A DNA stretch of 56,711 nt from a virus (Duplodnaviria > Caudoviricetes), in the IMG/VR virus record IMGVR_UViG_3300048587_000675, positions 1 through 56,711 of that record. One strand, 5' to 3'. The notes under the pieces were generated by a model, which had not been told where the DNA came from, did not search any database, and saw only the letters and a list, made by a program, of their open reading frames with translations. Positions within the stretch are counted from its first letter, which is position 1. Each line of letters begins with the position of its first letter. Shown piece by piece: positions 17,789 through 27,141 of this stretch. The position numbers and the translations under genes are program-made.

Positions 17789-20685
17789 TGGAAACTAAAA
17801 AACCATTTACATTAACACCTTTATTCTCTGAAGATCAGGGGTTTAATGTGCCCAGTGTGGAAGATACTTCTGAACTTAATCTTCCAGAAGCTACAGATGA
17901 ACAAGCAATGGAAACATCTGAAAGTGCTGCCCAACAAGCAATTACACCTATTTTCTCTGAAGACGCTGGATTTGATGTAAAACCTCTTGAAATTGAAGAA
18001 AGTTCTCCAATTAATACGGATGAAATAGAACAAAGTGAATCTTTAGCAAAGAAAGCATATAGACTGGCCGACGTTGCTGGAGAAGGTCTACTTAGAGGAT
18101 GGAAATCTGAAATTCAATCCGGTATTGAAAACGTTGTACTTCCTGAATACCTCGGAAGAGAATTTGATTATAAAGATGTCCTTCCTTTTCTTAAGTCAGA
18201 AGAAGAAAAAGCAGATGATTTAGCTGCTCAGCGTGAAGGTTTTGAAAGATATCAACCTTCTAAAGAGAAATACGAACAGTTTACAGAGCAGACTAAAGAG
18301 ATGATGCCTAGAGCAGCATATGTAACTGAACTTGGTGGAGCATTATTACCATATGCTCTGGTCGGACCCGGAGCTGGCGTTGCTGCAAATGCTGCCCTCG
18401 GTGGAGTAGAAGGTGCTGTAACGGCCGCTGGTAAATCTGAAGCAGATATTGGTAGTGATGACTTTTTAAAAGACACTGCAACCGGGGCTGCAATCGGAAC
18501 CGCTCTTGGTGGTGCCGGTTCAAAATTAATGAAAGTTTCACCTAGATTAGCAACCGCAGGGTTAATGGGAGCGGCTGCTACTCCAGTATTAACAGGAGAA
18601 GTAGACCCTTCGCAAATGGCCGCAGGTGGAACCGCTGCCCTTCTTGCTGCGCTAGCCACAAGGGGTAGATCTGCAGCAACAGCAACTCCTCCCACAACGT
18701 TGGTCGGTAAAGCTTATCAATATGCAAAAGAAGGTCTTGATTTAACAAGTCCGGAAGCAATTGAAGTTGCTAAAGATAAAGTTGTAAAAAATGCAGTTGA
18801 AGTTGCTGAATCAGTAAAAAAGAATTCTGAAATTGCAGGCAAACAAGCAACTGATACCATATTTAGCTTTTTTGATGATCAAGTACAACAATTAGGAAAC
18901 TTAATATCAAAGGGCTCTGAAAATAAAGATGCTATATTAAAGTCTCTTAAAACCAAAGTCTGGAAAGACCTCGAAACTCATATTCAAAAGTTTAAAGCCG
19001 CACACCCTGGCAAAGAAGTCGAAATTGGTGATGTATTTGAAACTGCAGCAAGTGCTTTGAGAAAGGGCGCTAAAGAAGCCCTTACTGATCCTGCTGAGAT
19101 TCAAGCAGCAAATAAGACTATTGACATTATTAACAATGTTGGTAAGATTAAAGATAACAATATAGCTGTTGCTATTAAAGAAATCTATTCACCTTTAAGC
19201 AAAACTCCTCAAGTTACTAAAACTATTGAGGGCGTTACAGATCCTGTTGAAAGACGGGTATTAGAAAGCTTAACTCCAGATGAATTGCAACAAGCTGGAT
19301 TTCAACAAACCACTAGGCCTTTTAAAACAATAGAAAAACCTGAAACAATTACAAGGACAGCTGGAACTTCCGTTGGAGATGAAAGTTTAACAGTTCGAAC
19401 CGCTGGAGATACTCCAGTTCAAACAGATAGAACTGTTTTTGGTCGAGAAACTCCAGAGGCATTACAACAAAGACTAGAGACCCCATTTGCTTCTCAGACA
19501 GATGACGCTTTACCTTCTTCTTTTGTTTCTGAAAGCACAAAGCCCGCTCAGGTTGTTACTGCTACAAATAGGGTATTTGAAAGAATGTTCCCTGGTAGAT
19601 CTGATTTAAAAGCAGTATCTTTAGATGAAATACTAGATGCAAACATCAAGCTTAATGAAATTATTGGTTCCTCTAAGTCTGACTATACTAAACGAGTTCT
19701 TTTAAACGCTAAAGATCAGCTTGCTAAAAGAGAACAAAGCTTAACCGCTGGTACTGAGTTTAAAGATGTTGTGTCTAGAAGAGAACTTTACGGTGCATTG
19801 AAAGATGCTGAAAGTCTTTTAAATACAGATAATTCTGCTCAATTGTTTAAATTAGTAGACGACATGCTTGCTGCTCAAAAAGAAGGTCGATTTACTGATT
19901 ATGCAAAAGCTTTTAATTCTATTAAAAATGTAAACCCAGAATATGCGCGCAACTTAGAGAATATTCTCTTAGAAAAAGGCGGAACCTGGAGGAATTTGAT
20001 TGCTCAACAAAAAGCAAATCCCTTACAAAAAGTAGAAACTCTTGCTGCTGAAGGTATTGAATTACCAAAGCAAGTTCAAAGTGCTTCTCAGATATTACAA
20101 GAAATGGAAGCTCTTAAAAAGTCAGCAGGAACTGTTTCACCAGTAACTGGTCGCCCTACGGCAGAAGCATTTAAATTTGCAGAGAACCTTGGAGAATTAC
20201 AAGGCGGAAGAGCATATGATCCAAAGCTTGCTGCTGAATTAAAATCTTCTATTAACATCATTAAAGACTATGATCCTGATCTTGCACAAAAGCTTTTAAC
20301 AGAAGGCGCAAAAGATGCCGATGTACTTAGAATTATTAAGATTTTAAGAGGAGAATCAGACCTTGGATTCATCCCTTCTACTTTTCAAGGAGCCCTTGTA
20401 AAAACCTTGCAAGTACTCGGGGTTCCTAGACTTGCATATGCAGCAGGAAAAACTGTTGGTAAAGTGCAAAGTACTGTTGGCAGCGCAACACAAAAGATAT
20501 ATAACCCTATTAAAAAGGTACAAGACGCCCTACAAAGCGAAGTAAACGTGTTTGGTAGATTTGATACCCCACTTAAAAACGCAATGAACAGAGGAGAAGG
20601 TTCTCTTAGAGCAACAGTATACATGCTTTCTCAACAATTTCCAGAGTTTAGAGAAATGTTGAACGAGTTTGAAAAAGAAGAGTAA
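17788..20685 (+). CDS. Putative large ejection protein (965 aa)
   Basis: Gly/Ala-rich hydrophobic stretch (ELGG...GAAIGTALGG) typical of DNA-transfer proteins; TAATG coupling. Confidence 0.55.
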   Translation: METKKPFTLTPLFSEDQGFNVPSVEDTSELNLPEATDEQAMETSESAAQQAITPIFSEDAGFDVKPLEIEESSPINTDEIEQSESLAKKAYRLADVAGEGLLRGWKSEIQSGIENVVLPEYLGREFDYKDVLPFLKSEEEKADDLAAQREGFERYQPSKEKYEQFTEQTKEMMPRAAYVTELGGALLPYALVGPGAGVAANAALGGVEGAVTAAGKSEADIGSDDFLKDTATGAAIGTALGGAGSKLMKVSPRLATAGLMGAAATPVLTGEVDPSQMAAGGTAALLAALATRGRSAATATPPTTLVGKAYQYAKEGLDLTSPEAIEVAKDKVVKNAVEVAESVKKNSEIAGKQATDTIFSFFDDQVQQLGNLISKGSENKDAILKSLKTKVWKDLETHIQKFKAAHPGKEVEIGDVFETAASALRKGAKEALTDPAEIQAANKTIDIINNVGKIKDNNIAVAIKEIYSPLSKTPQVTKTIEGVTDPVERRVLESLTPDELQQAGFQQTTRPFKTIEKPETITRTAGTSVGDESLTVRTAGDTPVQTDRTVFGRETPEALQQRLETPFASQTDDALPSSFVSESTKPAQVVTATNRVFERMFPGRSDLKAVSLDEILDANIKLNEIIGSSKSDYTKRVLLNAKDQLAKREQSLTAGTEFKDVVSRRELYGALKDAESLLNTDNSAQLFKLVDDMLAAQKEGRFTDYAKAFNSIKNVNPEYARNLENILLEKGGTWRNLIAQQKANPLQKVETLAAEGIELPKQVQSASQILQEMEALKKSAGTVSPVTGRPTAEAFKFAENLGELQGGRAYDPKLAAELKSSINIIKDYDPDLAQKLLTEGAKDADVLRIIKILRGESDLGFIPSTFQGALVKTLQVLGVPRLAYAAGKTVGKVQSTVGSATQKIYNPIKKVQDALQSEVNVFGRFDTPLKNAMNRGEGSLRATVYMLSQQFPEFREMLNEFEKEE

Positions 20686-20697
20686 TTAGAGGTAGTT

Positions 20698-20973
20698 ATG
20701 GATAATAATAAGTTATTTGATTTGTTAGAGAAAATTGATAATAAAGTTGATATTCTTGCAATTGAACAAGGTAAACAAGAAATTATTAACTTGTCAAATC
20801 ATGAAGAATTGCGTAAAATAAGAGAAGATGTAAATTATCATATCAAACGAACTAATCTTCTTGAAGAACAAGTAACAAAGATTCGAGGATTTGTTTTTTA
20901 TGTTAGTTTAACAATTGGCGCAATAGGTGCAGTAACTACTATTCTTTCAAACGTGTGGTCTGTTTTTAGATAA
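20698..20973 (+). CDS. Holin-like membrane protein (coiled coil plus C-terminal TM)
   Basis: GAGGT RBS; hydrophobic GFVFYVSLTIGAIGAVTTIL segment. Confidence 0.45.
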   Translation: MDNNKLFDLLEKIDNKVDILAIEQGKQEIINLSNHEELRKIREDVNYHIKRTNLLEEQVTKIRGFVFYVSLTIGAIGAVTTILSNVWSVFR

Positions 20974-20985
20974 AGGAATGACTGG

Positions 20986-21297
20986 ATGTATAAATTACCC
21001 GAAGATGAGTTATTAAACCAGGCTGCTGCTTCCGAAGGGGCTCTAAATCAAGAAGAAAAACTTGACGGTATTAAAAATGTCATCAAAAATCTAATCGGAA
21101 CTAAAACGTCGACACAGCCCGATTCGCCTGTAACGGTTCAACAAGAAAATATGCCTAAAAGACCGGTAGATGTTCCTTCAAACATTGAAGCTCCTAAGGC
21201 CATGGACTATGGTAATTTTGAAACAGCAGAACCTGTTAATATTGATTTTGAAAACAAGCTTGCTATTTTAAGAAAAATGACAGGAATGAAGGAGTAA
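20986..21297 (+). CDS. Hypothetical protein
   Basis: AAGGA RBS; in operon. Confidence 0.55.
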   Translation: MYKLPEDELLNQAAASEGALNQEEKLDGIKNVIKNLIGTKTSTQPDSPVTVQQENMPKRPVDVPSNIEAPKAMDYGNFETAEPVNIDFENKLAILRKMTGMKE

Positions 21298-21301
21298 TAA
21301 A

Positions 21302-21619
21302 ATGAAACCATCTATCAGACTTCCTGTAGTTTTTGAATTAAATACTCTTACTGTAAATTGTTTAAAACTAAGCGGCATAGGTTCTACTAAAGAAGAGGCA
21401 TTTCAAGACATCCTGTCAAACAATCCAGATTTTTATTCTATGTTAAAAGACGGAAGTTTTGACTACATTGGAGACCACCTGGGTGTTATTGTTGTAAAAA
21501 CTGATAAACTATATGATAAGCTTCTTGAGATTGAACCCCTTCCAGTTGAAGTTAAAAAACCTAAGAATAAGAATTTAAAAGATGTATCTCCGGAGGACGT
21601 AGTAAAATACGGTTATTAA
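21302..21619 (+). CDS. Hypothetical protein
   Basis: AAGGAG RBS; in operon. Confidence 0.55.
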   Translation: MKPSIRLPVVFELNTLTVNCLKLSGIGSTKEEAFQDILSNNPDFYSMLKDGSFDYIGDHLGVIVVKTDKLYDKLLEIEPLPVEVKKPKNKNLKDVSPEDVVKYGY

Positions 21620-21621
21620 CA

Positions 21622-23265
21622 ATGGCAACACCATTTGATCTTTTTCAACAAATGGCTCCGGATATCAATTCTTTAGATAGATTTGATCAAGAAGCCTATC
21701 GTCAGCAACAACAAAGAATGTTTGCTGATACTTTTAAAGATCAACTTCTTAATCTAAAAAATCAATACGAAGTTTCTCAAATGGCAGCCGAAGATGAGGC
21801 CGCTTTAAATGAGGCAACAAACACTTTAAATATTTTAAATCAACAAACTCCAGTTTTACAAAATTCATTTAAACAAGCAGAATCTTCTTTTTTAACTCAG
21901 CAAAATAATGTTCTTAAAGAACAAAATTTGATGAATTCTATAAATACTGAATATAGAAGTTTAAAAAATCTAGAAAGCTCTTTAACTCAACAAGCTAGAA
22001 ATGAGCAAGCAAAAGCCGATGCTATCTTTCAAAAAACGCTTAGTGCCATACCTGTTAGTACAAGCACTACGGCAAGAATGAGAGAAAATGAAGCAAGAAA
22101 AAGATTAGCAAATAATAGAATTTACCAACAACATCTTAGAAACGTTAATAATAATTATACACAAGCAAAAGCTGCGTCAACTAAAGCAAATGTTTTATCA
22201 TCGCAGTCCATTGCACAACAAGCAAAACTAGCAACTGCTCAAAAAAATCTACAACAAGCACAACAACAGTTTCAAGTTGTAAATCAACAACTTAATCAAC
22301 ATAAACAACAAGTTCAAACGCTAGGAAATGAAGTTCAGAATTTTAATCAAACAATGGGTAACGCTTCTGCAGCTGCAAATGAAGCTGTAGCAAAGGCCAA
22401 TGAAATACAGCAAAAAATTCAATCTTTTCAAGCAAATAGTGAACCTTTGAAAGAGCTTCAGACAAAGATAGAAGGCGACTACGAAACTTCCGCTAAAGCT
22501 TCTGCAGAAGAACTTAAAAAACTTGCTGAAAATAAATTTGATGTTGTTACTCAAAGAAACTTACAAAATTTATTAGATCAAAGAGCAGAACAGCTGGCTC
22601 AAACCTTTGGTAAAAACTCCGAAGATGTCAAAAAGGAACTTTCTAACACACTTCAAGAACCATTGGAAAATCAATTTACAAGGGAACAGTTTAATCAATT
22701 TATGGGAATTGAAGCTGCGACCCAAGCTCAGCAACCTAGGCTTCAAGAAACTGCCGATTTAAGACAAGACGTTGAACCTATAGCGCCTGTAGTTCAGTCT
22801 CAACAACCCGAGGCTTTGCAAACTGAAACTCCGCCAGTGGTTCAAAGTCAACCTGTACAACCGCAACCTGTGGCCCCTCAAGTTCAACAGGCAGCACAAA
22901 CTCAACAAAGTGGAATGCCGACCATGCCTCAGGCTCCAGCTCCGGTACAAAACACAGCTCAGCCGCAGCAAACAGGAATGCCAGCTACTCCATTCGGGTC
23001 AATTTCTGACCCGATTAAACAGGGTTTTCAAAGGCAAATTCAAAAAGGATTTCAAAGCGCCATGAAAATAAAGTCAACTCCTGCACCTAAGGTTGATAAT
23101 AGAAATGCTGTAATTCAGCAATCTTTAGGAATGCAGACTAGTGGTCCAAAACCTGTTAGCCAGTCAAAACCCAGGGTGGCTTCTGAAGATAAAGGTTCAA
23201 ATATTTCAACAGTCCAATCACAAAACACTTTAACTAAAAACGTCGGAAGGCGAATGATAAAATAA
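21622..23265 (+). CDS. Gln-rich coiled-coil protein with Q/P-rich tail
   Basis: Long heptad Q/A/N region, then disordered PVQPQ-type sequence. Confidence 0.6.
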   Translation: MATPFDLFQQMAPDINSLDRFDQEAYRQQQQRMFADTFKDQLLNLKNQYEVSQMAAEDEAALNEATNTLNILNQQTPVLQNSFKQAESSFLTQQNNVLKEQNLMNSINTEYRSLKNLESSLTQQARNEQAKADAIFQKTLSAIPVSTSTTARMRENEARKRLANNRIYQQHLRNVNNNYTQAKAASTKANVLSSQSIAQQAKLATAQKNLQQAQQQFQVVNQQLNQHKQQVQTLGNEVQNFNQTMGNASAAANEAVAKANEIQQKIQSFQANSEPLKELQTKIEGDYETSAKASAEELKKLAENKFDVVTQRNLQNLLDQRAEQLAQTFGKNSEDVKKELSNTLQEPLENQFTREQFNQFMGIEAATQAQQPRLQETADLRQDVEPIAPVVQSQQPEALQTETPPVVQSQPVQPQPVAPQVQQAAQTQQSGMPTMPQAPAPVQNTAQPQQTGMPATPFGSISDPIKQGFQRQIQKGFQSAMKIKSTPAPKVDNRNAVIQQSLGMQTSGPKPVSQSKPRVASEDKGSNISTVQSQNTLTKNVGRRMIK

Positions 23266-23270
23266 GGAAA

Positions 23271-23762
23271 ATGAAGATGAAAAACGAAATGGATCTAAAA
23301 AAAGCACTAGAAGCATTAAAGTCTACTCGTCCAGGTATGTCTAGAGCAGTTGACAGTGAAGCTGAACGTGAGATGTTAAAGTCTACTCGTCCAGGTATGT
23401 CTAGAGCAATTGACAGTGAAGGTGAAACTGACATGCAGACTAAGGCTTTGCGAAGTGCATTAGAATCTTTGAAAAATATGCCCGAGGGATCTTTGTTCAC
23501 ACCTAGAACTGTTGAAGAGACAAGAATGGCACAAAGCGGTCCGATTACAAATGAAGAAGCAGACGATGCAATTCAACGACTATATCAATCTGAAGGATTA
23601 ACTGACGATACGCCTGCAATGCCTCCTCTTAAATCCAAGGCACCAATGATGGAAGAAGAGACTCCAGTTGAAAACGAAGGAATTTATGGAAGACTATTTG
23701 GTGGAAAGTCTACAAGACAAAAACAGCTTGATGAGCTTGAAAAGAAAGCTCGCGGTGAGTAA
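23271..23762 (+). CDS. Hypothetical protein with an internal tandem repeat
   Basis: LKSTRPGMSRA(V/I)DSE occurs twice. Confidence 0.6.
   Translation: MKMKNEMDLKKALEALKSTRPGMSRAVDSEAEREMLKSTRPGMSRAIDSEGETDMQTKALRSALESLKNMPEGSLFTPRTVEETRMAQSGPITNEEADDAIQRLYQSEGLTDDTPAMPPLKSKAPMMEEETPVENEGIYGRLFGGKSTRQKQLDELEKKARGE
23316..23421 (+). repeat. 46-bp direct repeat with 60-nt period (1 mismatch)
   Basis: ttaaagtctactcgtccaggtatgtctagagca(g/a)ttgacagtgaag at 23316 and 23376. Confidence 0.9.
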
Positions 23763-24589
23763 TGAAAAAGTTAAAAGCTAAGCTTAAAAAACAATTAAAA
23801 AACTTAAAATTAAAAAGTAAACTTCAAAGTGTAAAAGAACCTGCTTTGCATGCCGCAAGGAATGTTACAGTGTTTGTATTATGCTTAGTTACAGCATTAT
23901 CTTCTGCATTGGTTGCAGATAGAGGACATAAAGAATATCTAGAACATGTAATTGGTGATCAGGTATTATATGTAGAAAGTATGCCCGATAGCAAACTAAA
24001 AGGTTCAGCAACCGGGTTTCACGTAAAAGCAAAATCGGGTAATGTTGTATTTATCACAAATGCTCACGTTTGTGAATTAGGTAACGATAAAGGTATGATT
24101 ATGGTCCGTGATAAACTTAACAGTGGTCGAGGTGTTCCTCGTCGTATTCTAGAAGTATACGAACATAATGATCTTTGCGCAGTAGAACCACTCCCAGGGT
24201 ATAAAGGTTTAACAGTAGCCAGCGATCTAGATGTTGGAGAACCTGTATGGGCAATAGGATATCCATTAGGTGAGAGTTTAAATATTTCCAATGGTCGAGT
24301 AAAAGACTTTGGAACTACTACTCTTTCTGTTAATATCCCGATGGATCAGTGTGTCGGTCCTAATCTTCAAAAAGGACAGGTTCAATTCTGGTTTTTTATT
24401 GTTGATGTGTGTTTGATAACATATAAATTAGTTCAAACTGATATCGTTATTTATGGCGGAAATAGTGGAAGCCCAATGCTTAATATCTTCGGTAATGTAA
24501 CCGGTGTAGTATTTGCTGCTAACACTAGAACGAACTGGGGCCGATCCGTACCTTTAGAGCATTTAAACGATTTGCTTAGTGCATATTAA
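23762..24589 (+). CDS. Trypsin-like (S1C/HtrA-type) serine protease with N-terminal membrane/signal segment, no PDZ
   Basis: Triad motifs TNAHV, NDLC, GGNSGSP; AIGYPLG; hydrophobic VTVFVLCLVTALSSALV. Confidence 0.9.
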   Translation: MKKLKAKLKKQLKNLKLKSKLQSVKEPALHAARNVTVFVLCLVTALSSALVADRGHKEYLEHVIGDQVLYVESMPDSKLKGSATGFHVKAKSGNVVFITNAHVCELGNDKGMIMVRDKLNSGRGVPRRILEVYEHNDLCAVEPLPGYKGLTVASDLDVGEPVWAIGYPLGESLNISNGRVKDFGTTTLSVNIPMDQCVGPNLQKGQVQFWFFIVDVCLITYKLVQTDIVIYGGNSGSPMLNIFGNVTGVVFAANTRTNWGRSVPLEHLNDLLSAY

Positions 24590-24606
24590 TCTTTAAGGAG
24601 ATAATA

Positions 24607-24963
24607 ATGTCAGATCAAAACTGGGAAAGAATTCAAAGAGAAAAACTTGAACGTCTTAAGCGGATTCAAGAAGAAAATAGCCGTCGCCAACGAGCTATGC
24701 AACTTGAAGAGCAAGAAGAATCAATGAATGATGAACTTAAGAAAAAAGCTCTTGAACATCTTTCAAAAGGCGGAAAATCGGAAGATCTTTTCTATAAAGA
24801 GAAACCCAAGCTGGTTATTGGTGTGCCTCGCGGTGAAGGTGAAACTGAAGTAAATCAAAAGCTTAAAGACACTGCAAAATCTGTAAGAAAAGGATTTAGA
24901 ACAAAACAAGATGATGAAGATGCTCCCCTAATGGATAAAATTAGAAAAAAACTAGGGTTTTAA
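24607..24963 (+). CDS. Charged hypothetical protein
   Basis: AAGGAG RBS. Confidence 0.55.
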   Translation: MSDQNWERIQREKLERLKRIQEENSRRQRAMQLEEQEESMNDELKKKALEHLSKGGKSEDLFYKEKPKLVIGVPRGEGETEVNQKLKDTAKSVRKGFRTKQDDEDAPLMDKIRKKLGF

Positions 24964-24964
24964 T

Positions 24965-25126
24965 ATGGATAATCAGCCTCCCAGTACTTTAAACATTAGA
25001 CCCCTTTTAAAGGAGCGCTATGCAGGTAAGACTAAAGGATCTTCTGAATCTTATACTGACCGCTATTTTAGGCTCAAAAAATACCTCTATTCATCAAAAA
25101 AACCCCCAAAAGACCAGCGAAAATAA
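24965..25126 (+). CDS. 53-aa ORF overlapping the endolysin start (MDNQPPSTLNIRPLLKERY...)
   Basis: Translated by hand; starts 1 nt after the upstream stop codon. Confidence 0.4.
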   Translation: MDNQPPSTLNIRPLLKERYAGKTKGSSESYTDRYFRLKKYLYSSKKPPKDQRK

Positions 25127-25556
25127 GAAAGTCGAGGCTAAGCCGGTGGCAATTGAAATTTCAGCTTATTTTAGCGATCCTAAGAGCGGAAACGATAGGC
25201 GTTTACAGTATCCTGATGATTATACTAATGAAATTCTAGCAAACGCTAAAATAACACTAGAAAAGGTAAACTCGTTACTAGAAGAGCTTGGTATGCTTAG
25301 CTGCCAGGTTAGCTCAGGATGGAGACCCCCTTCTGTTAATAAAGCAATAGGTGGGGCTAAACGGTCTTTACATACTCAAGGAAAAGCAATCGACATTCGC
25401 GACGGCGATGGTAGTATTGCTAAAACAATTGAAGATAGACCAGATTTACTTAAAAAATACGATCTATGGCTTGAAGACCCATCTTTTACTAAGGGATGGT
25501 GTCATTTAGACTGGGGTACTAGAACAGATCGTCCCAGCAGGATGTTTAAACCTTAA
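25020..25556 (+). CDS. Endolysin, peptidase M15A (D-Ala-D-Ala carboxypeptidase-type Zn peptidase)
   Basis: SSGWR, SLHTQGKAID and WCHLD motifs; AAGGAG RBS. Confidence 0.85.
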   Translation: MQVRLKDLLNLILTAILGSKNTSIHQKNPQKTSENKKVEAKPVAIEISAYFSDPKSGNDRRLQYPDDYTNEILANAKITLEKVNSLLEELGMLSCQVSSGWRPPSVNKAIGGAKRSLHTQGKAIDIRDGDGSIAKTIEDRPDLLKKYDLWLEDPSFTKGWCHLDWGTRTDRPSRMFKP

Positions 25557-26187
25557 AAGTAATAATTGATTCAGTAACAAGAGAGTATTCGTTAGTTAAT
25601 ACTGATCCATTGTAACATTTAATACCTTCAAATTCTGCCTCACCGCGACCACTGTGAATGTGTCCGCACACAAAATACTTAGGTTTTTTTAAAATCAAAG
25701 CATTCCTTAAATCATTACATCCTGGTTTTTCAAGATTTCCTGGAATGTTATCTAAAACACCATTAGGTGGACTATGACAAATTACAATATCCATGCCTTC
25801 GGGGATAGCCTGTCTTAATCTCATCATTCTATCAGTATGACGATCTACCATGAAAGCCCACAGTCCGAAAGTGGGAGACCAGGGAGTGCCGTATATCTTA
25901 AGACCATCAACTACATATTCTTCGTCTTCCAGGTAAGTACAATTAGATAGAGTTTCTTTTGCCCATCGTTTACCGTGATGTTGAATACATTGATCATGAT
26001 TACCAGCGACAACAATGATCTTTTCTTTAGGCAAATGTAGAGTACCACACCATTCATTAAAAGAGGAAAGTTCGCCCTCATTTCCGTGAATTGTTATATC
26101 CCCAGCATGAATAAGAAGATCTATATCATTAGGTATAACCAGTTGTTTATGTTTATTATGAGTATCTGAAATTAAACCTATTAGCAT
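25546..26187 (-). CDS. Calcineurin-like metallophosphoesterase
   Basis: ISDTH, HAGD, GNHD, HSPP and GHIH motifs. Confidence 0.9.
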   Translation of the reverse strand: MLIGLISDTHNKHKQLVIPNDIDLLIHAGDITIHGNEGELSSFNEWCGTLHLPKEKIIVVAGNHDQCIQHHGKRWAKETLSNCTYLEDEEYVVDGLKIYGTPWSPTFGLWAFMVDRHTDRMMRLRQAIPEGMDIVICHSPPNGVLDNIPGNLEKPGCNDLRNALILKKPKYFVCGHIHSGRGEAEFEGIKCYNGSVLTNEYSLVTESIITFKV

Positions 26188-26197
26188 ATCTCACCTT

Positions 26198-26746
26198 TTA
26201 TATTTTAGGAGCCAGTTCTTTAATTAAAAAACAAAACATTCTAAATGTATTATAAGCATCATCTTCTGATTTGTGTTTTTTTCCTTGAAAAGCCAGCCCT
26301 ACCTTGGTCATACTTCTTGCAAGCCCGCTGTATGGTTTTAACTTACGAGCAAGTTGTCTAGTAATAAAAATAGTCTTAACATCTAGATGTCTTCTTCCAA
26401 AGCACCATTTTTCTCCATCTGGGAGTTGACTTTGTTCAAATAACAACTGAGAATCACCACCGCCCCATGTTACTGGGTTTATAAAACTGTTATACTTTAA
26501 GTGCTCGGCAGCTAAGATTCTATATCCATCTAGAACTGAATCGTGGCCTATTGTTTCTAGCGTATTATCGGTAATTCCTGTTAATTTGATAATCTCTGGA
26601 TTAAGTTTAACAGGTGATTTAATATAAATGTCACCCCTTGATAGAACCTCTTCTGTGTATATATTCCCAATACAATAGCCAATGGAAATAATCCTATTAC
26701 TAGGTTGATCCATTTCAAGGTCTAATGATGTATAAATTTCACTCAT
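26198..26746 (-). CDS. DEDDh 3'-5' exonuclease
   Basis: DLEM, LTGI, WGGGD and HKSEDDAYNT motifs. Confidence 0.85.
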   Translation of the reverse strand: MSEIYTSLDLEMDQPSNRIISIGYCIGNIYTEEVLSRGDIYIKSPVKLNPEIIKLTGITDNTLETIGHDSVLDGYRILAAEHLKYNSFINPVTWGGGDSQLLFEQSQLPDGEKWCFGRRHLDVKTIFITRQLARKLKPYSGLARSMTKVGLAFQGKKHKSEDDAYNTFRMFCFLIKELAPKI

Positions 26747-26943
26747 AGTTTTACATAGTTAGAATGTACAAGTAAAAGTCCAAAAATAAATAAGCTGATT
26801 AAAAATATAATTCTTCCCATCCTCAGTGCTTTTTTCAGTATAATTGGTCTTTCTTCTATAAGATATGCCGACAATAATACACCTAAGGTCATAGGACCAG
26901 ATATTAAAACAAGACAAAGAGAAATTAATGCAATGTATCGCAT
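26743..26943 (-). CDS. Small membrane protein (2 TM)
   Basis: Two hydrophobic segments; coupled to neighbours. Confidence 0.55.
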   Translation of the reverse strand: MRYIALISLCLVLISGPMTLGVLLSAYLIEERPIILKKALRMGRIIFLISLFIFGLLLVHSNYVKL

Positions 26944-27141
26944 TTAAATAATTCCTCGTTTTCTTAATGCTTTGTATAATATCTCATGATAATAGTAAAG
27001 AACACTGGAAAGAATGCTATAAATAACAGTTAATTCAATGGCAATTGAAAACTGGCCAGTATAAAGATATGTAATTGTAAATCCCATGGTCATGGACAAT
27101 AATCGCCACGTTATTGTTTTATATAAACTTTTCTTACTCAT
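26944..27141 (-). CDS. DUF2061-like membrane protein
   Basis: KSLYKTITWR...YYYHE pattern. Confidence 0.75.
   Translation of the reverse strand: MSKKSLYKTITWRLLSMTMGFTITYLYTGQFSIAIELTVIYSILSSVLYYYHEILYKALRKRGII

Noticed and set aside
23316-23421. Direct repeat as a mini-CRISPR or att site
   Set aside because: Only two copies with a 14-nt gap, in frame within a CDS; no integrase in the window
131-24291. Many 60-150 aa minus-strand ORFs in the late arm (e.g. 8652-9068, 18252-18695)
   Set aside because: Antisense shadows of long + strand genes; no RBS or recognisable motifs
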